A stretch of DNA of 64,000 nucleotides, from positions 4,608,001 through 4,672,000 of the forward strand of contig OY759353.1 in NCBI GenBank assembly GCA_963662315.1. The letters are read 5' to 3'. The notes under the pieces are model-generated. The model had not been told where the DNA came from. It worked only from the letters and a program-made list of their open reading frames with translations, and searched no databases. This document shows, piece by piece, positions 63,880 through 64,000 of the stretch. This stretch comes from Geopsychrobacteraceae bacterium. Lineage in GTDB: Bacteria > Desulfobacterota > Desulfuromonadia > Desulfuromonadales > Geopsychrobacteraceae. Each line of letters starts with the position of its first letter. The first letter of the stretch is position 1. The position numbers and the translations under genes are program-made.

Positions 63880-63894
63880 GCAATGAGCATGCCA
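63880..63894 (-). promoter_or_regulatory. Sigma-54 promoter P5
   Basis: TGGCAT-GCTCA-TTGC on minus strand. Confidence 0.85.
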
Positions 63895-63989
63895 GAGGGG
63901 GCAACAGACTCTCATTTTCTAAGGAACTGATCGTATTAAAGAAATTCGCGCTACAGTGATAGTGAGAGCAATGTTTATCCGGGGATAGG

Positions 63990-64000
63990 CTGTCATATTT
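63990..64000 (-). promoter_or_regulatory. Enhancer (UAS) for P5, cut by the window edge
   Basis: CTGTCATATTT matches the first 11 nt of the motif, 96 bp from P5. Confidence 0.65.

Overview
The window comes from an anaerobic deltaproteobacterium; gene content and synteny suggest Desulfuromonadales (inference). Bases 1-44350 are core chromosome: the 3' part of rpoC, the full str/S10/spc/alpha ribosomal superoperon, mgtE-recO-glyQS-ppdK, an HDOD kinase with a REC-PAS-GGDEF-EAL partner, a ferredoxin, hpt, a Rieske/cytochrome b/pentaheme cytochrome c operon and tRNA-Arg(CCG). Bases 44350-64000 are an accessory, partly decaying region with no integrase. Its main feature is five sigma-54 promoters with shared architecture: a -24/-12 box, an IHF-like site 26-27 bp upstream, and a 34-bp tandem-palindrome enhancer 96-97 bp upstream (85 bp in one copy). 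These promoters precede stress and envelope genes (DUF3309, ABM, BON, OmpA lipoprotein, cfa, a diguanylate cyclase). The same region encodes a CheB-CheR-coiled-coil-PAS (MAC1-like) protein, three signalling enzymes sharing one N-terminal 'HQxELxxQNxEL' helix, and two diverged copies of one gene cassette with reciprocal pseudogenisation.
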